The translations under genes were made by a program, and so were the position numbers. Shown here piece after piece: positions 1-7,952 of a stretch of DNA of 35,254 nucleotides. The notes under the pieces are model-generated. The model made no database searches. It was given only the letters and a program-made list of their open reading frames with translations, and was not told the origin of the DNA. The DNA is from an uncultured Caulobacter sp. (lineage in GTDB: Bacteria > Pseudomonadota > Alphaproteobacteria > Caulobacterales > Caulobacteraceae): positions 1-35,254 of the forward strand of contig CAZZZR010000002.1 in NCBI GenBank assembly GCA_964658605.1. Reading direction: 5' to 3'. Numbering within the stretch: position 1 is the first letter of the stretch; every line of letters begins with the position of its first letter.

Positions 1-22
1 CCGACGCTGCGCCGACGCTGCG
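1..22. repeat. Perfect tandem duplication of the 11-mer CCGACGCTGCG at the window edge, inside coding sequence
   Basis: Read directly: positions 1-11 and 12-22 are identical. Confidence 0.6.
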
Positions 23-2780
23 CCACCTTCTCACTGGCGAGGAACTCCCCCTCGAGACGCCGTACACCGGCACGAAGAACGCCGTCACGGAGGGGGAGCG
101 GATCGCGATGGGCTTGCCTGAGGTCGACGCGCTGGCCCGGAAGAGCAGCGGCGAGAACTGGGCGGAGGCGCGGCAGCTCTTCAACGAGGACCCCGACCAC
201 GCTCGCCTGCTCGCGCAGCGGATGGTCGAGAAGCCCCGAGCGTTGACTCCTGTCGAGCGCGACCTGCTGCTGCACGACCGGATGCGGTTGACGCTCGACC
301 ACCGCGCCGCCCTCTCCGACGAGCTGGCCGCCCACCAGGCCGGCGACCCCGAAGCCGTGGCGATGGCGAAGATGCGGCGGCAGTCGATCGAGTCCGCCTT
401 CAACACCAGCAACACCGCGCTCCGACAGGCCGGCTCTGAGTCGGGTGCATCCCTCCAGGCGATCCAGAAGCTGATCTCGGAGGACTACAGCCCGCTCTAC
501 CTGCGCGACCGCCTGACGAACGCGGTGCACGAGAGCGGGGCGCCCGAGATCCCCGGCGCTGCCGACCGCCTGACCGAGATCTCCCGCCAGCTCGAGGAGG
601 CCCACGCCCAGCTCGCCACCTACGAGCAGCGGTTGAGCGAGACGCAGGCGGCCGGCAAGGTGCGCGCGGTCCAGGCGGACGTCGCCGCGGCCGACCGCGC
701 CGGCGTGCGCCGCGCCGCCAAGGAGTCGCTGGACGCCGAGTACCAGGATCTCGCCGCCCGCCTGGAGGCCAAGGCTCGGAAGAACCAGAGCACGGTGAAC
801 ATGTCGGGCGGGCTCGACCCGGAGACGGTCGCCATCATCGGCCGCATGGCCAAGAACCGCGTGCAGGCCGGCGCCCGCGGCCTCGCCGACGTCGTCGACC
901 ACGTCTACCAGACCGTTCGCCCCCACATCGAGGGGCTCGAGCCCTCCGAGGTGCGCGACGCCATCTCCGGCTACGGCACTGTCCGCCCCCAGATGGCGCG
1001 CTCCGAGGCCGTCCAGGAACTTGCCCGCATCCGGCAGGAGGGGCGCGTGCTCGCCGCCCTTGAGGACGCGCGTGCCGCCGGCCGCCCCGCGCGCGAGGTC
1101 GCGCAACTTGAGCGGCAGGCGGAGCTTGTTGCCGACCGCCATCTCCCTGTAGGCCGCGGCCCACTCTCGGACGCAGAGCATCTCGCCGCCACGAAGAACC
1201 GGCTGGCGCGCCGCGAGGCCGAGCTGACCCAGCACATCGCCGACGACTACTTCCCGAAGCGCACCCGCCGGCCCGTCGCCCTCGATTCCGACGCGATCGC
1301 TCTCCAGGGACGGGTGAACGGCCTGAAGCGCCAGGCGGATCTCATCATCCGCAAGCAGGAGCTGGCCGGCCGCACGGCCACGGAGAAGGGGCTCGACCTC
1401 ACCGCGGGCTGGGGGCGGTTCCTGAAGCTCACCGGCACGTCGACCCTCCAGAAGATTAGCTCGGCCGCCGCCGAGCGTGCGCTCGTCTTCCGGCCCATCG
1501 AGGAGTTCCTCGGCGCCGGGATCTCGAAGCTGCCCGTGGTGAAACATTTCGCCGCCGAGGCGCCGATCGAGGGCGGCGGGAGCCTGGGGGCCGTCGCCAA
1601 GGCGTACGGCGGTTTCTTCGGCAAAGCGGCCCGCGAGGAGCTGGCCGCCCACTTGGCAGGCCGCGAGGGCAACCTGGAGCTGGCCCTTGGGAAACCCCAC
1701 CTCGGAGGCGAGACGCCCGCGTGGATGTCCTACCCGGGCCACGTGCACGCCGGCCTCAAGGCGCCGGCCAAGATCGCCGGGTACGAGTACGCCTTGGAGA
1801 AGCAGGCGGCCCACTACCTGAAGCGCGGCCAGCCCGAAATGCTCAACCCCGAGTTGAACCCGGCCGCCGTGCAGGAGATGAAGGCGCGCGCCTGGGAGTA
1901 CGCGAACCGGGACATCTTCATGGGCGACAACGCCGCGGTGGACTCCATCAACAAGGCGCTCGCCGACAAGCCGGGCCAGTCGACAGCGGCGAAGTTCGGG
2001 AAGACGATCGGGCACACGCTGGTGCCCATCGTCAAGGTCCCCACCAACTACGCCCTCGAGGCGACCGACTACCTCGCCGGGCTCCCCAAGGCGGGGCTGG
2101 GGATCGAGAAGACGCTGCGCACCGGCCGCGCCGCCCTGGCCAAGACCCCCGAGGCAGACCAGAACCTCGCCGCCGTGGTCAAGGCGGGCCTCGAGCAGCT
2201 CCCCGACGGCCAGGCCGAGCGGATCATGCGGCAGCTCAAAAAGGGCTCGCTTGGCGCCGGCCTGATCGCCCTCGGCGCCACGGGCGCTGTCGAGGTCGGC
2301 GGCTACTACGACGGCCCGCGGCGCGACGGCGAGCTCGAGCCGGGCCAGATCCGGATCGCCGGCCACGCCGTGCCGCACATGATCCTGCACCACCCGGCTC
2401 TCGAGGCGCTCCAAGTGGGCGGCTCCGTCTACCGCGCCAAGACGGTGGCGGGCGGGCTCGGTACCGCGGCGAAGGGACTGGCGGAGAACATCCCGTTCAT
2501 CGAGACGCCCGTGTCGCTCGCCCGCGACCTCTGGGGCCGGGAGCCCACCAAGGCGGTCGGCTCCTTCGTCCGCGGCATGACGATCCCGCCGGACGCCCAG
2601 CGCCTCGCCCGCGTGCTCGACCCGAAAGGCCAGCAGCTCTCCCCTGGCGAGCAGGCGCTCCAGCAGGCCGGCTGGCTGGACATCCACGCGAAGAAGCGGA
2701 AGCCCCGCGGCTCGCCCCTGCGCAAGATCTTGCAAGAGGAAGAGCTAGGCATCCCCGGTCTGCGGGAAAACGTGAGGTGA
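3..2780 (+). CDS. Large virion-associated protein, 5'-truncated by the window edge (at least 925 aa); coiled-coil-rich N-terminal half; candidate internal virion, ejection or tail protein
   Basis: The listed ORF 108-2780 has no upstream in-frame stop back to nt 3, and codons 3-107 keep very high GC3. A GGAGGGGGAG motif 9 nt before ATG 108 makes an internal start possible. Long Ala/Glu/Arg-rich heptad-like N-terminal half. Function is inferred from size and position only. Confidence 0.75.
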   Translation, partial: DAAPTLRHLLTGEELPLETPYTGTKNAVTEGERIAMGLPEVDALARKSSGENWAEARQLFNEDPDHARLLAQRMVEKPRALTPVERDLLLHDRMRLTLDHRAALSDELAAHQAGDPEAVAMAKMRRQSIESAFNTSNTALRQAGSESGASLQAIQKLISEDYSPLYLRDRLTNAVHESGAPEIPGAADRLTEISRQLEEAHAQLATYEQRLSETQAAGKVRAVQADVAAADRAGVRRAAKESLDAEYQDLAARLEAKARKNQSTVNMSGGLDPETVAIIGRMAKNRVQAGARGLADVVDHVYQTVRPHIEGLEPSEVRDAISGYGTVRPQMARSEAVQELARIRQEGRVLAALEDARAAGRPAREVAQLERQAELVADRHLPVGRGPLSDAEHLAATKNRLARREAELTQHIADDYFPKRTRRPVALDSDAIALQGRVNGLKRQADLIIRKQELAGRTATEKGLDLTAGWGRFLKLTGTSTLQKISSAAAERALVFRPIEEFLGAGISKLPVVKHFAAEAPIEGGGSLGAVAKAYGGFFGKAAREELAAHLAGREGNLELALGKPHLGGETPAWMSYPGHVHAGLKAPAKIAGYEYALEKQAAHYLKRGQPEMLNPELNPAAVQEMKARAWEYANRDIFMGDNAAVDSINKALADKPGQSTAAKFGKTIGHTLVPIVKVPTNYALEATDYLAGLPKAGLGIEKTLRTGRAALAKTPEADQNLAAVVKAGLEQLPDGQAERIMRQLKKGSLGAGLIALGATGAVEVGGYYDGPRRDGELEPGQIRIAGHAVPHMILHHPALEALQVGGSVYRAKTVAGGLGTAAKGLAENIPFIETPVSLARDLWGREPTKAVGSFVRGMTIPPDAQRLARVLDPKGQQLSPGEQALQQAGWLDIHAKKRKPRGSPLRKILQEEELGIPGLRENVR

Positions 2781-2783
2781 TGG

Positions 2784-3122
2784 ATGTCCCCTGGTAGTCG
2801 CCAGCCCGCCCAGCAGCCGCCCGCGTCCGACGGGCAGTTCGCCAACTTCGGCCGGTTTCGAGACTGGTTGCTCGCCTTAGTGGTGGCGCTCTTGCTTGGT
2901 CTCGTTGGATGGATCGCACAGGACAAAATCGGAAGTTCCGCGAAATTGGAGATCGAGATTCAAGAACTTCGAGAGCGGATGAATGTGGAATATACGGCTA
3001 CGGTTCGCACGCAAGGCGACTATGGCGAAAGACTTGGGCGACTAGAAACCAGAATTTCGATTCAAAACGAAGAGATTCTAAAGCGCCTCGACCGCATCGA
3101 ATCGCAGCATCCGGCGAAATAG
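2784..3122 (+). CDS. Single-pass membrane protein with C-terminal coiled coil (holin, i-spanin or exclusion-like architecture)
   Basis: GAGG 6 nt upstream of the ATG. Hydrophobic helix WLLALVVALLLGLVGWIA followed by a heptad-like segment LEIEIQELRERM...LGRLETRISIQNEEILKRLDRIE. Region is AT-richer than its flanks (about 47% GC in a hand-counted 100 nt). Confidence 0.75.
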   Translation: MSPGSRQPAQQPPASDGQFANFGRFRDWLLALVVALLLGLVGWIAQDKIGSSAKLEIEIQELRERMNVEYTATVRTQGDYGERLGRLETRISIQNEEILKRLDRIESQHPAK

Positions 3123-3159
3123 GAGGAATACCCATGGAGCTTCGGCGAAGGAGATCATC

Positions 3160-3504
3160 ATGGCAAGCACGCGCCAACGCAGTTCATCCCGCCCAGCCGA
3201 TCTCGACCTGACCGGGGGGTTTCGCCTTGACCTGAAATCCATCATCTTGATCGCAGGCGTGCTTGGGAGTTGGTATAGCCAGAGCGGAAAAATCGATGCG
3301 ATCACCGCCCGGCTGGACCTTGAGGCGAAGGCTAGCGCCACGATCAAGGCGGCCGAGAACGATGCTGCAAAAGCCCGCGGCGAGCTCGCTGCTGAGCAGC
3401 AGCGCGCTCTCGCCGAGAGTCTGACGAAGCTAGAGGGCCAGTTGAAGGTGACCTCGATGGACGTAAGCGACCTAAAAATCCTGACCGCAAAAGGAAGGAG
3501 CTAA
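3160..3504 (+). CDS. Second single-pass membrane protein with C-terminal coiled coil
   Basis: GAAGGAG SD 7 nt upstream. TM segment IILIAGVLGSWY, then an Ala/Glu/Lys-rich coiled-coil-like tail. Same architecture as 2784-3122. Confidence 0.75.
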   Translation: MASTRQRSSSRPADLDLTGGFRLDLKSIILIAGVLGSWYSQSGKIDAITARLDLEAKASATIKAAENDAAKARGELAAEQQRALAESLTKLEGQLKVTSMDVSDLKILTAKGRS

Positions 3505-3506
3505 AG

Positions 3507-3689
3507 ATGGCAGGAAACCAACAGCGCTGTTGCATTCTCGGAGTCTGTTGCCCGCCGCCTGAGCAGCGCATCCAAATGAAGGCGTGGCTGCTCTCCAATC
3601 TTCACCGCGACCTCGGCCTGCACGCCAGCCAGACGGAGCCGATAGTCGAGCAGTGGATGGCCGAGCTGTTCACCGCCGAGGAGCCCTGA
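3507..3689 (+). CDS. Small Cys-rich protein (CCILGVCC motif), unknown function
   Basis: Strong GGAAGGAG SD. The ATG lies 2 nt after the preceding TAA. 60 aa. Confidence 0.6.
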   Translation: MAGNQQRCCILGVCCPPPEQRIQMKAWLLSNLHRDLGLHASQTEPIVEQWMAELFTAEEP

Positions 3690-3769
3690 TGCTCTCCGCC
3701 ATCCTCGTCGTGCTGGTCGTCGTGGTCGTCGTCATGTGGCTCGCCGGCGTCGGAATGCGGCTTCGATAG
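3689..3769 (+). CDS. 26-aa hydrophobic peptide MLSAILVVLVVVVVVMWLAGVGMRLR (not in the 60-aa ORF track as such)
   Basis: TGATG stop-start overlap with 3507-3689. Encoded by a GTC/GTG-rich quasi-repeat. One predicted TM helix. The small size keeps confidence low. Confidence 0.4.
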   Translation: MLSAILVVLVVVVVVMWLAGVGMRLR

Positions 3770-3779
3770 CTCCTCTCCC

Positions 3780-3812
3780 GAGAGCGTAGCGCCGGCTTCG
3801 TGTTACGCTCTC
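3780..3812 (+). terminator. Hairpin GAGAGCGTA-N15-TACGCTCTC after the end of the late operon
   Basis: 9-bp perfect stem read directly, followed by CTTTGCG. No strong U-tract. Confidence 0.4.
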
Positions 3813-3852
3813 CTTTGCGAGATTCACCTCGCAATGTCTCGGGAGGTCAGCC

Positions 3853-4068
3853 ATGCCCGCACCGCCTTACCCGCTCGAAAACAACTTCACTTACCACGCC
3901 CCGAAGGGAGACCAGCAGGCGCGGTACGTCGCGATCCGCGATTCCGCAAAGGCGCACGCCGCCCTGCTGCTCGAGAAGTGCCCGGAGAGCCGCGAGCGCT
4001 CCGTGGCGCTGACTGAGCTGGAAACCTCGGTCATGTGGGCCAACGCCGCGATCGCGAGGAACGAGTGA
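3853..4068 (+). CDS. Small conserved-looking phage protein with motif FTYHAP...Q..Y..IR...SRE.S.A.T.LE...MWANAAIA; function unknown
   Basis: GGGAGG SD 6 nt upstream. From memory, the motif resembles a widespread small phage protein family of unknown function; no search was run. Confidence 0.75.
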   Translation: MPAPPYPLENNFTYHAPKGDQQARYVAIRDSAKAHAALLLEKCPESRERSVALTELETSVMWANAAIARNE

Positions 4069-4661
4069 TGGGCGCTTTCGATCACCTCGCAGGAGCCCCG
4101 ACCATCGCGAAACTTGCGAGCGCGCCGGGCGGTCACATCTTCGGAACCTTCAAACCCAACCTGCCGCTCGTCCCGCTGTGGACGGCCGACGGCAATTGCC
4201 GCATGGGCTTCACCCAGCAGTTCAACGGCTACGTGCGCGGCCCCGAGAACACGTCCTTCGACATGTTCCAGAGCAGCGTCCGGCTCGGGCAGATCCCCGG
4301 CGTCCCGCACGACGCCGCGGTCACCCCCGAGGACTACTACGACTCGATGTATCTGGCGGCTGGTGGCACGTCGATCTTCGACCGCTACGTGCATCTGCCG
4401 GAGGAGCACCCGGCCCCGGCTCCGCCCGATGCTCCGCCGTCCGCGAACAGCGACGCGGCCACGATCGCGGCGCTCAACCTCCAGGTTGCCGGCCTCCAGG
4501 GCCAGGTGAAGACGCTGCAGACCAGCAACAACAAGGCGCGGAAGCTGGCGCAGGCGTTTCTCGACCAGTACCCGGCCCGTGGCGGCGGCTCCTGGGTGCA
4601 GCTCGGCAAAACCAGCTTGCCGCCGATCATCGACGCGCTGGCCACCGGCGCGTCCTCCTAG
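4068..4661 (+). CDS. Hypothetical protein (197 aa) with C-terminal coiled-coil segment
   Basis: ATG overlaps the upstream TGA (TGATG). High GC3. LNLQVAGLQGQVKTLQTSNNKARKLAQ heptad-like stretch. Confidence 0.75.
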   Translation: MGAFDHLAGAPTIAKLASAPGGHIFGTFKPNLPLVPLWTADGNCRMGFTQQFNGYVRGPENTSFDMFQSSVRLGQIPGVPHDAAVTPEDYYDSMYLAAGGTSIFDRYVHLPEEHPAPAPPDAPPSANSDAATIAALNLQVAGLQGQVKTLQTSNNKARKLAQAFLDQYPARGGGSWVQLGKTSLPPIIDALATGASS

Positions 4662-4674
4662 AGTAGCCTCGGCT

Positions 4675-4707
4675 CGGGCGGCCCCCGTCTGGCCGCCCGT
4701 CTTTCTC
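4675..4707 (+). terminator. Rho-independent terminator CGGGCGGCC-N7-GGCCGCCCG followed by TCTTTCTC
   Basis: 9-bp GC stem, 7-nt loop and T-rich tail, 14 nt after the TAG at 4659-4661. Confidence 0.6.
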
Positions 4708-4765
4708 GCCGCGAGGTGTACAATCGAATCAGCGCAACTCTGCGCGCAAACCGGGGAGACCTAAA

Positions 4766-4978
4766 ATGATGGATCGCACCATTGGAACGTGCGGGAATTG
4801 TGGCGGCCCCGTGCGCTTGCCGGGGCAATGGATGAGCACTCAACCGCCTCGACCGACCTGCGAAAACTGCGGCGCCCAGGCCCGAGAAGATCATGGACCG
4901 ATCATTATCATGGAAAAGCCGTCGGTTTTTTCTGGAATAAAGGCGCTGGTCGACCGCGAAACCCGAGGGGGTTCGTGA
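4766..4978 (+). CDS. Small Zn-ribbon protein (CGNCGG...CENCG)
   Basis: GGGGAG SD upstream. Two CxxC pairs. A TACAAT -10-like hexamer lies at 4719-4724. Confidence 0.65.
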   Translation: MMDRTIGTCGNCGGPVRLPGQWMSTQPPRPTCENCGAQAREDHGPIIIMEKPSVFSGIKALVDRETRGGS

Positions 4979-5829
4979 TGCCGCAAAAGGAATCCGACCT
5001 CATCCCCCGCATGATCGCCTACCTGCGGGCGCATCTGCACGACGCCGCGCCGACCACTGAAGAGCCGCCGATCTGGTGGAAGAACGAATCTCCCCAGGCA
5101 CCGGACGGATCAGCGAACATCCGCTGGCTCGCCCGCGCCTGCTGGCTTCTCTGGCAGCCGGCCGAGGCGTTGGAGTCCTGCATCGCCGAGTACCAGCGCG
5201 AACTCCAGATCGGCCACCGCGGCTTCGAGGAGATGACGGTGAGCCACGATGGCCAGTGGCTCGGCGCGCATTACGCCATCCGGACGTGGTGCCGCGGCGG
5301 CGATCCAGGAGGAACTCTTTCAAACCTCAACACCGCCTGGTGCGGGGCCGAGATCGCCCTGATGCGCGAGTTCTATTTGCCAGAGATCGGCGTGCTCTGC
5401 CCGGCGGCGCGCTTCGAGGGGGTGCTGGTGAGCCCTCAGCGGAGCGTGATCGCCGCCTGGGATGCTGGTCGGTGGGCGGGCAAAAACACGCTCGGAATCC
5501 GCCCAAAAAAGGCGTTCAACGATACGTTTTGTCTCGAGCTGGCCGCCGACCTCGCGACCGCCGGCGATGATCTCGGCCGCAGCGCCGCCAAGCTGCCGAC
5601 GCTCGCCTTCCCGCTGTTCGTCGAGCTGAAGTCGGAGAGTATCCGGGCCTACTGGAACCCGGGGCACAACGTGCTCAAGCCGGTGTACTACGTGACTTGG
5701 CCCTGGACCGGCTCGCAGGGAGGAGCCAACGAAGTCTTCCAGACGAATGGACTGCCGAAGGGCAAGCCGGCGATGGGTCTGATGGGACCGCCGACGATCT
5801 CGGGCGGCGACTTCAAGCAGATCGGCTGA
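4978..5829 (+). CDS. Hypothetical Trp/Cys-rich protein (283 aa)
   Basis: Internal Met of listed ORF 4789-5829, chosen because its ATG overlaps the upstream TGA (TGATG). Protein-like composition. No motif recognised. Confidence 0.75.
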   Translation: MPQKESDLIPRMIAYLRAHLHDAAPTTEEPPIWWKNESPQAPDGSANIRWLARACWLLWQPAEALESCIAEYQRELQIGHRGFEEMTVSHDGQWLGAHYAIRTWCRGGDPGGTLSNLNTAWCGAEIALMREFYLPEIGVLCPAARFEGVLVSPQRSVIAAWDAGRWAGKNTLGIRPKKAFNDTFCLELAADLATAGDDLGRSAAKLPTLAFPLFVELKSESIRAYWNPGHNVLKPVYYVTWPWTGSQGGANEVFQTNGLPKGKPAMGLMGPPTISGGDFKQIG

Positions 5830-5836
5830 GGAAAGA

Positions 5837-5861
5837 GGGCGCCGGGGGGAGACCGGCGCCC
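5837..5861. terminator. Bidirectional hairpin GGGCGCCGG-N7-CCGGCGCCC between convergent genes
   Basis: 9-bp perfect stem between the stop at 5829 (+) and the stop at 5868 (-). Confidence 0.55.
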
Positions 5862-5867
5862 GGCTGG

Positions 5868-6251
5868 TCACGCTTTCTGCCGGCGGCTCCCCTCGATCGC
5901 CAGTCCTTCCAGGAAGCAGCCGCGCTCGTGCCTCTCCCACCGCTCCCACCCGCGCAGCTCGACCGGCGTCATGATCGCGGCGGCCCACGCCGGCGGGTCG
6001 CCGTTGCCGTTTTTGCCGTTCCTTTTTGGTTCCTCGTAGAGCCCGGTGTACTCGTTGCTCCGGCTCCACTTCACCGCAGCCATGGCGCGCTCCGGCCCCA
6101 TCGCCACCATGCGCTCGACGAGATCCGCCAGCCCCTCGGCCGTCTTGTAGGACTGGCGGCGCTTCGCCTTGTAGGCCAGCCACGCCTCGACGGCGGGCTG
6201 GATCTCTTCCGGGATGGGGACCTCGGGGGCGAAGAGGCGGGGGGCTCTCAT
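5868..6251 (-). CDS. Hypothetical early protein (127 aa)
   Basis: Internal ATG chosen because of its ATGA overlap with the upstream gene. Protein-like sequence AWLAYKAKRRQSYKTAEGLADLVERMV. Last gene of the leftward operon. Confidence 0.7.
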   Translation of the reverse strand: MRAPRLFAPEVPIPEEIQPAVEAWLAYKAKRRQSYKTAEGLADLVERMVAMGPERAMAAVKWSRSNEYTGLYEEPKRNGKNGNGDPPAWAAAIMTPVELRGWERWERHERGCFLEGLAIEGSRRQKA

Positions 6252-6454
6252 GGACGGCGAGCACCGCAGATCGGGCAGATCGTCTTCCTGGTGGCAACCG
6301 GACGCGCCGGCCGTTCCCTGCGCGCGGCGTTCGCCAGTCTCTCCGCGGGTCCGGCCTTCCTGAACGGATAGAACGTCTCCGCCTGCCAGCGGGGCATGAG
6401 AAGGATTTTCCCCTCCTTGTGGTTGTATCCGCACTTGATCCCCCAGAGTCTCAC
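6248..6454 (-). CDS. Small protein with C-terminal CPIC motif
   Basis: GTG start forms a GTGA overlap with the upstream stop. The alternative ATG at 6397 would give 49 aa. Confidence 0.5.
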   Translation of the reverse strand: MRLWGIKCGYNHKEGKILLMPRWQAETFYPFRKAGPAERLANAARRERPARPVATRKTICPICGARRP

Positions 6455-6627
6455 TCCTCTCTCCTTTCCGGCACCGGCGCCGGCAACTTGCGCCCGCACC
6501 CGATCGCCTTGCCGGTCATCTCCCGGCCTCGGCAGGTTGAATGCTGATGGTTCTCCGGCGCGGTCGTGTGCCACTCGATCCCGCAGCCGGAGCAGAACAT
6601 GACGTAGCGGGGCTCGGCGGTGCTCAT
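6451..6627 (-). CDS. Small Zn-ribbon-like protein (CSGCG...C...C)
   Basis: The ATG at 6627 overlaps the stop of the unlisted upstream ORF (ATGA). The longer TTG-started version (to 6741) has poor GC3. Confidence 0.6.
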   Translation of the reverse strand: MSTAEPRYVMFCSGCGIEWHTTAPENHQHSTCRGREMTGKAIGCGRKLPAPVPERREE

Positions 6628-6779
6628 TTCTCGTAAACCGCGCTGATCCGCAGCCAGTATGGCTTTCCCCTCATCGGGGCTGTGACCTTGGCGAAGCGAC
6701 CATCCGCCGAGATCTCCAGCACTTTGACCGACCACATACAACCGCCGCCTCGACGCCCTCCGCGAGACTGCACCTTCAC
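6624..6779 (-). CDS. Unlisted 51-aa ORF (VKVQSRGGRRGGGCMWSVKVLEISADGRFAKVTAPMRGKPYWLRISAVYEK)
   Basis: Found by hand translation. Fills the gap between 6794 and 6627. Its stop overlaps the next ATG (ATGA). GC3 is higher than the competing frame. Start uncertain: GTG 6779 or ATG 6737. Confidence 0.45.
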   Translation of the reverse strand: MKVQSRGGRRGGGCMWSVKVLEISADGRFAKVTAPMRGKPYWLRISAVYEK

Positions 6780-6793
6780 GTAGTCGCCGACCT

Positions 6794-7255
6794 TCACCAG
6801 TACACCGCCCCGACCGCCGCCTGGCCGATGATGGGGCCGAAGCGCGGCACGGCCTTAGGAGGCCACTGCGGCGCCTCGGGCATGAACCGCCCCCTGCCGT
6901 CGCGGAGCTTCGTGTAGAAGGCGTGCAGGGCGCCGTGGAACTCGGCCAGGGATACCTCGAGGTGCTCAGGCTCGACGCACCAGCGGGAAAGGCAGACGTG
7001 GTGCGCGTGCTCGTTTGGCAGGAGCACCTCGCCGGTCAGCTCCCAGACGATGAAGCGGGAGCACCACTGCCAGCCGCCGGCGTTGGCCGCCGGATGGACC
7101 CACTGCTCGCGGGAGGTCCGCCGGCCGTAGAGCACGCGCCGCCAGCCGTCTACCGGCCGCGCGGAGGTGCCGAGGAAGACCCGGGGCCGATCGCGGCTGT
7201 CCACCGTGACCGGCCCCGGCCATGTCCTGCTGTCGTGGCGGGCGCAGGCGTTCAC
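6794..7255 (-). CDS. HNH_3-type endonuclease-like protein
   Basis: Motif NEHAHHVCLSRWCVEPEHLEV matches the H-x-C...C-V-N/E-P-x-HL signature of HNH_3 homing-type nucleases. GTG start with GTGA overlap to the upstream stop. Confidence 0.65.
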   Translation of the reverse strand: MNACARHDSRTWPGPVTVDSRDRPRVFLGTSARPVDGWRRVLYGRRTSREQWVHPAANAGGWQWCSRFIVWELTGEVLLPNEHAHHVCLSRWCVEPEHLEVSLAEFHGALHAFYTKLRDGRGRFMPEAPQWPPKAVPRFGPIIGQAAVGAVYW

Positions 7256-7758
7256 CCCTTGAAGTTCTCCCGGATCGAGATCTCCAGAGCGGCCCGTTGC
7301 GTTTCGTCGCCGCGGGTAACGCCGTCGGCGCCCTCGAGGTCCACGCCGGCCCACACCAGCAGGTCGGTCGTCGTCGGCTCCTGCACGACCTCCGTCTCCG
7401 TTCCCGGGATCTTGGCCTGCCGCTCGCTCTCCCCGAGCTCGCGGAGCTGGACGAGCTCGCCGGTGTCGTCCCGGCGGAGATAGGCGGTGCTGGCCGTGTA
7501 GAGCCAGGTGCAGCGCACCTCGCGCGTCTCCAGGCCGCTCTCGACGATCTCGCCCAGGTCGACCGTCTGCTGGTGGGCGATGTAGATCTTCGCCTTCTTC
7601 GCCTTCGCCGCCTCCTTCATGGTGCTCTCCCAGGCGGCGAAGGATTCCCGCTCCTCCTCCTCCTCGCGCACCGAGTCGGCCAGCTCCTGCGCCTTCCTGG
7701 CCAGCTCCTCCTCGCTCAGCTTGACCGGCAAGTGCCGGGTGTCCGTTGTCGCTCTCAT
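7252..7758 (-). CDS. Hypothetical acidic protein with N-terminal coiled coil
   Basis: The ATG (Met9 of the listed ORF) gives an ATGA overlap with upstream gene 7755-7952. LSEEELARKAQELADSVREEEEERE segment. Confidence 0.7.
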   Translation of the reverse strand: MRATTDTRHLPVKLSEEELARKAQELADSVREEEEERESFAAWESTMKEAAKAKKAKIYIAHQQTVDLGEIVESGLETREVRCTWLYTASTAYLRRDDTGELVQLRELGESERQAKIPGTETEVVQEPTTTDLLVWAGVDLEGADGVTRGDETQRAALEISIRENFKG

Positions 7759-7952
7759 CCTCCCGTCCTTTCCCCCGGGCAAGCCGGGGCGTTATGGGTG
7801 ACTTTTCCCGCCAGTTCGTAGACCGCCCGGAAGTACGCTCCGGCCGGCTCCCGCGTCTTCGTGCAACCGCACCGCTCGCAGGTCCGGACGGTGATCGGCG
7901 CCGACTGCCACGGCACCTCTCGCGTCCCGGTCTCCTGCCAGCGGTGTCTCAA
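7755..7952 (-). CDS. Small Cys-containing protein (CERCGC...C)
   Basis: TTG start in a TTGA overlap with the upstream stop. 65 aa. Confidence 0.55.
   Translation of the reverse strand: MRHRWQETGTREVPWQSAPITVRTCERCGCTKTREPAGAYFRAVYELAGKVTHNAPACPGERTGG

Noticed and set aside
6628-6741. Longer TTG-started version of the 6451-6741 ORF
   Set aside because: GC3 of the N-terminal extension is only about 50%. A different frame (6624-6779) has better coding statistics and ATGA coupling.
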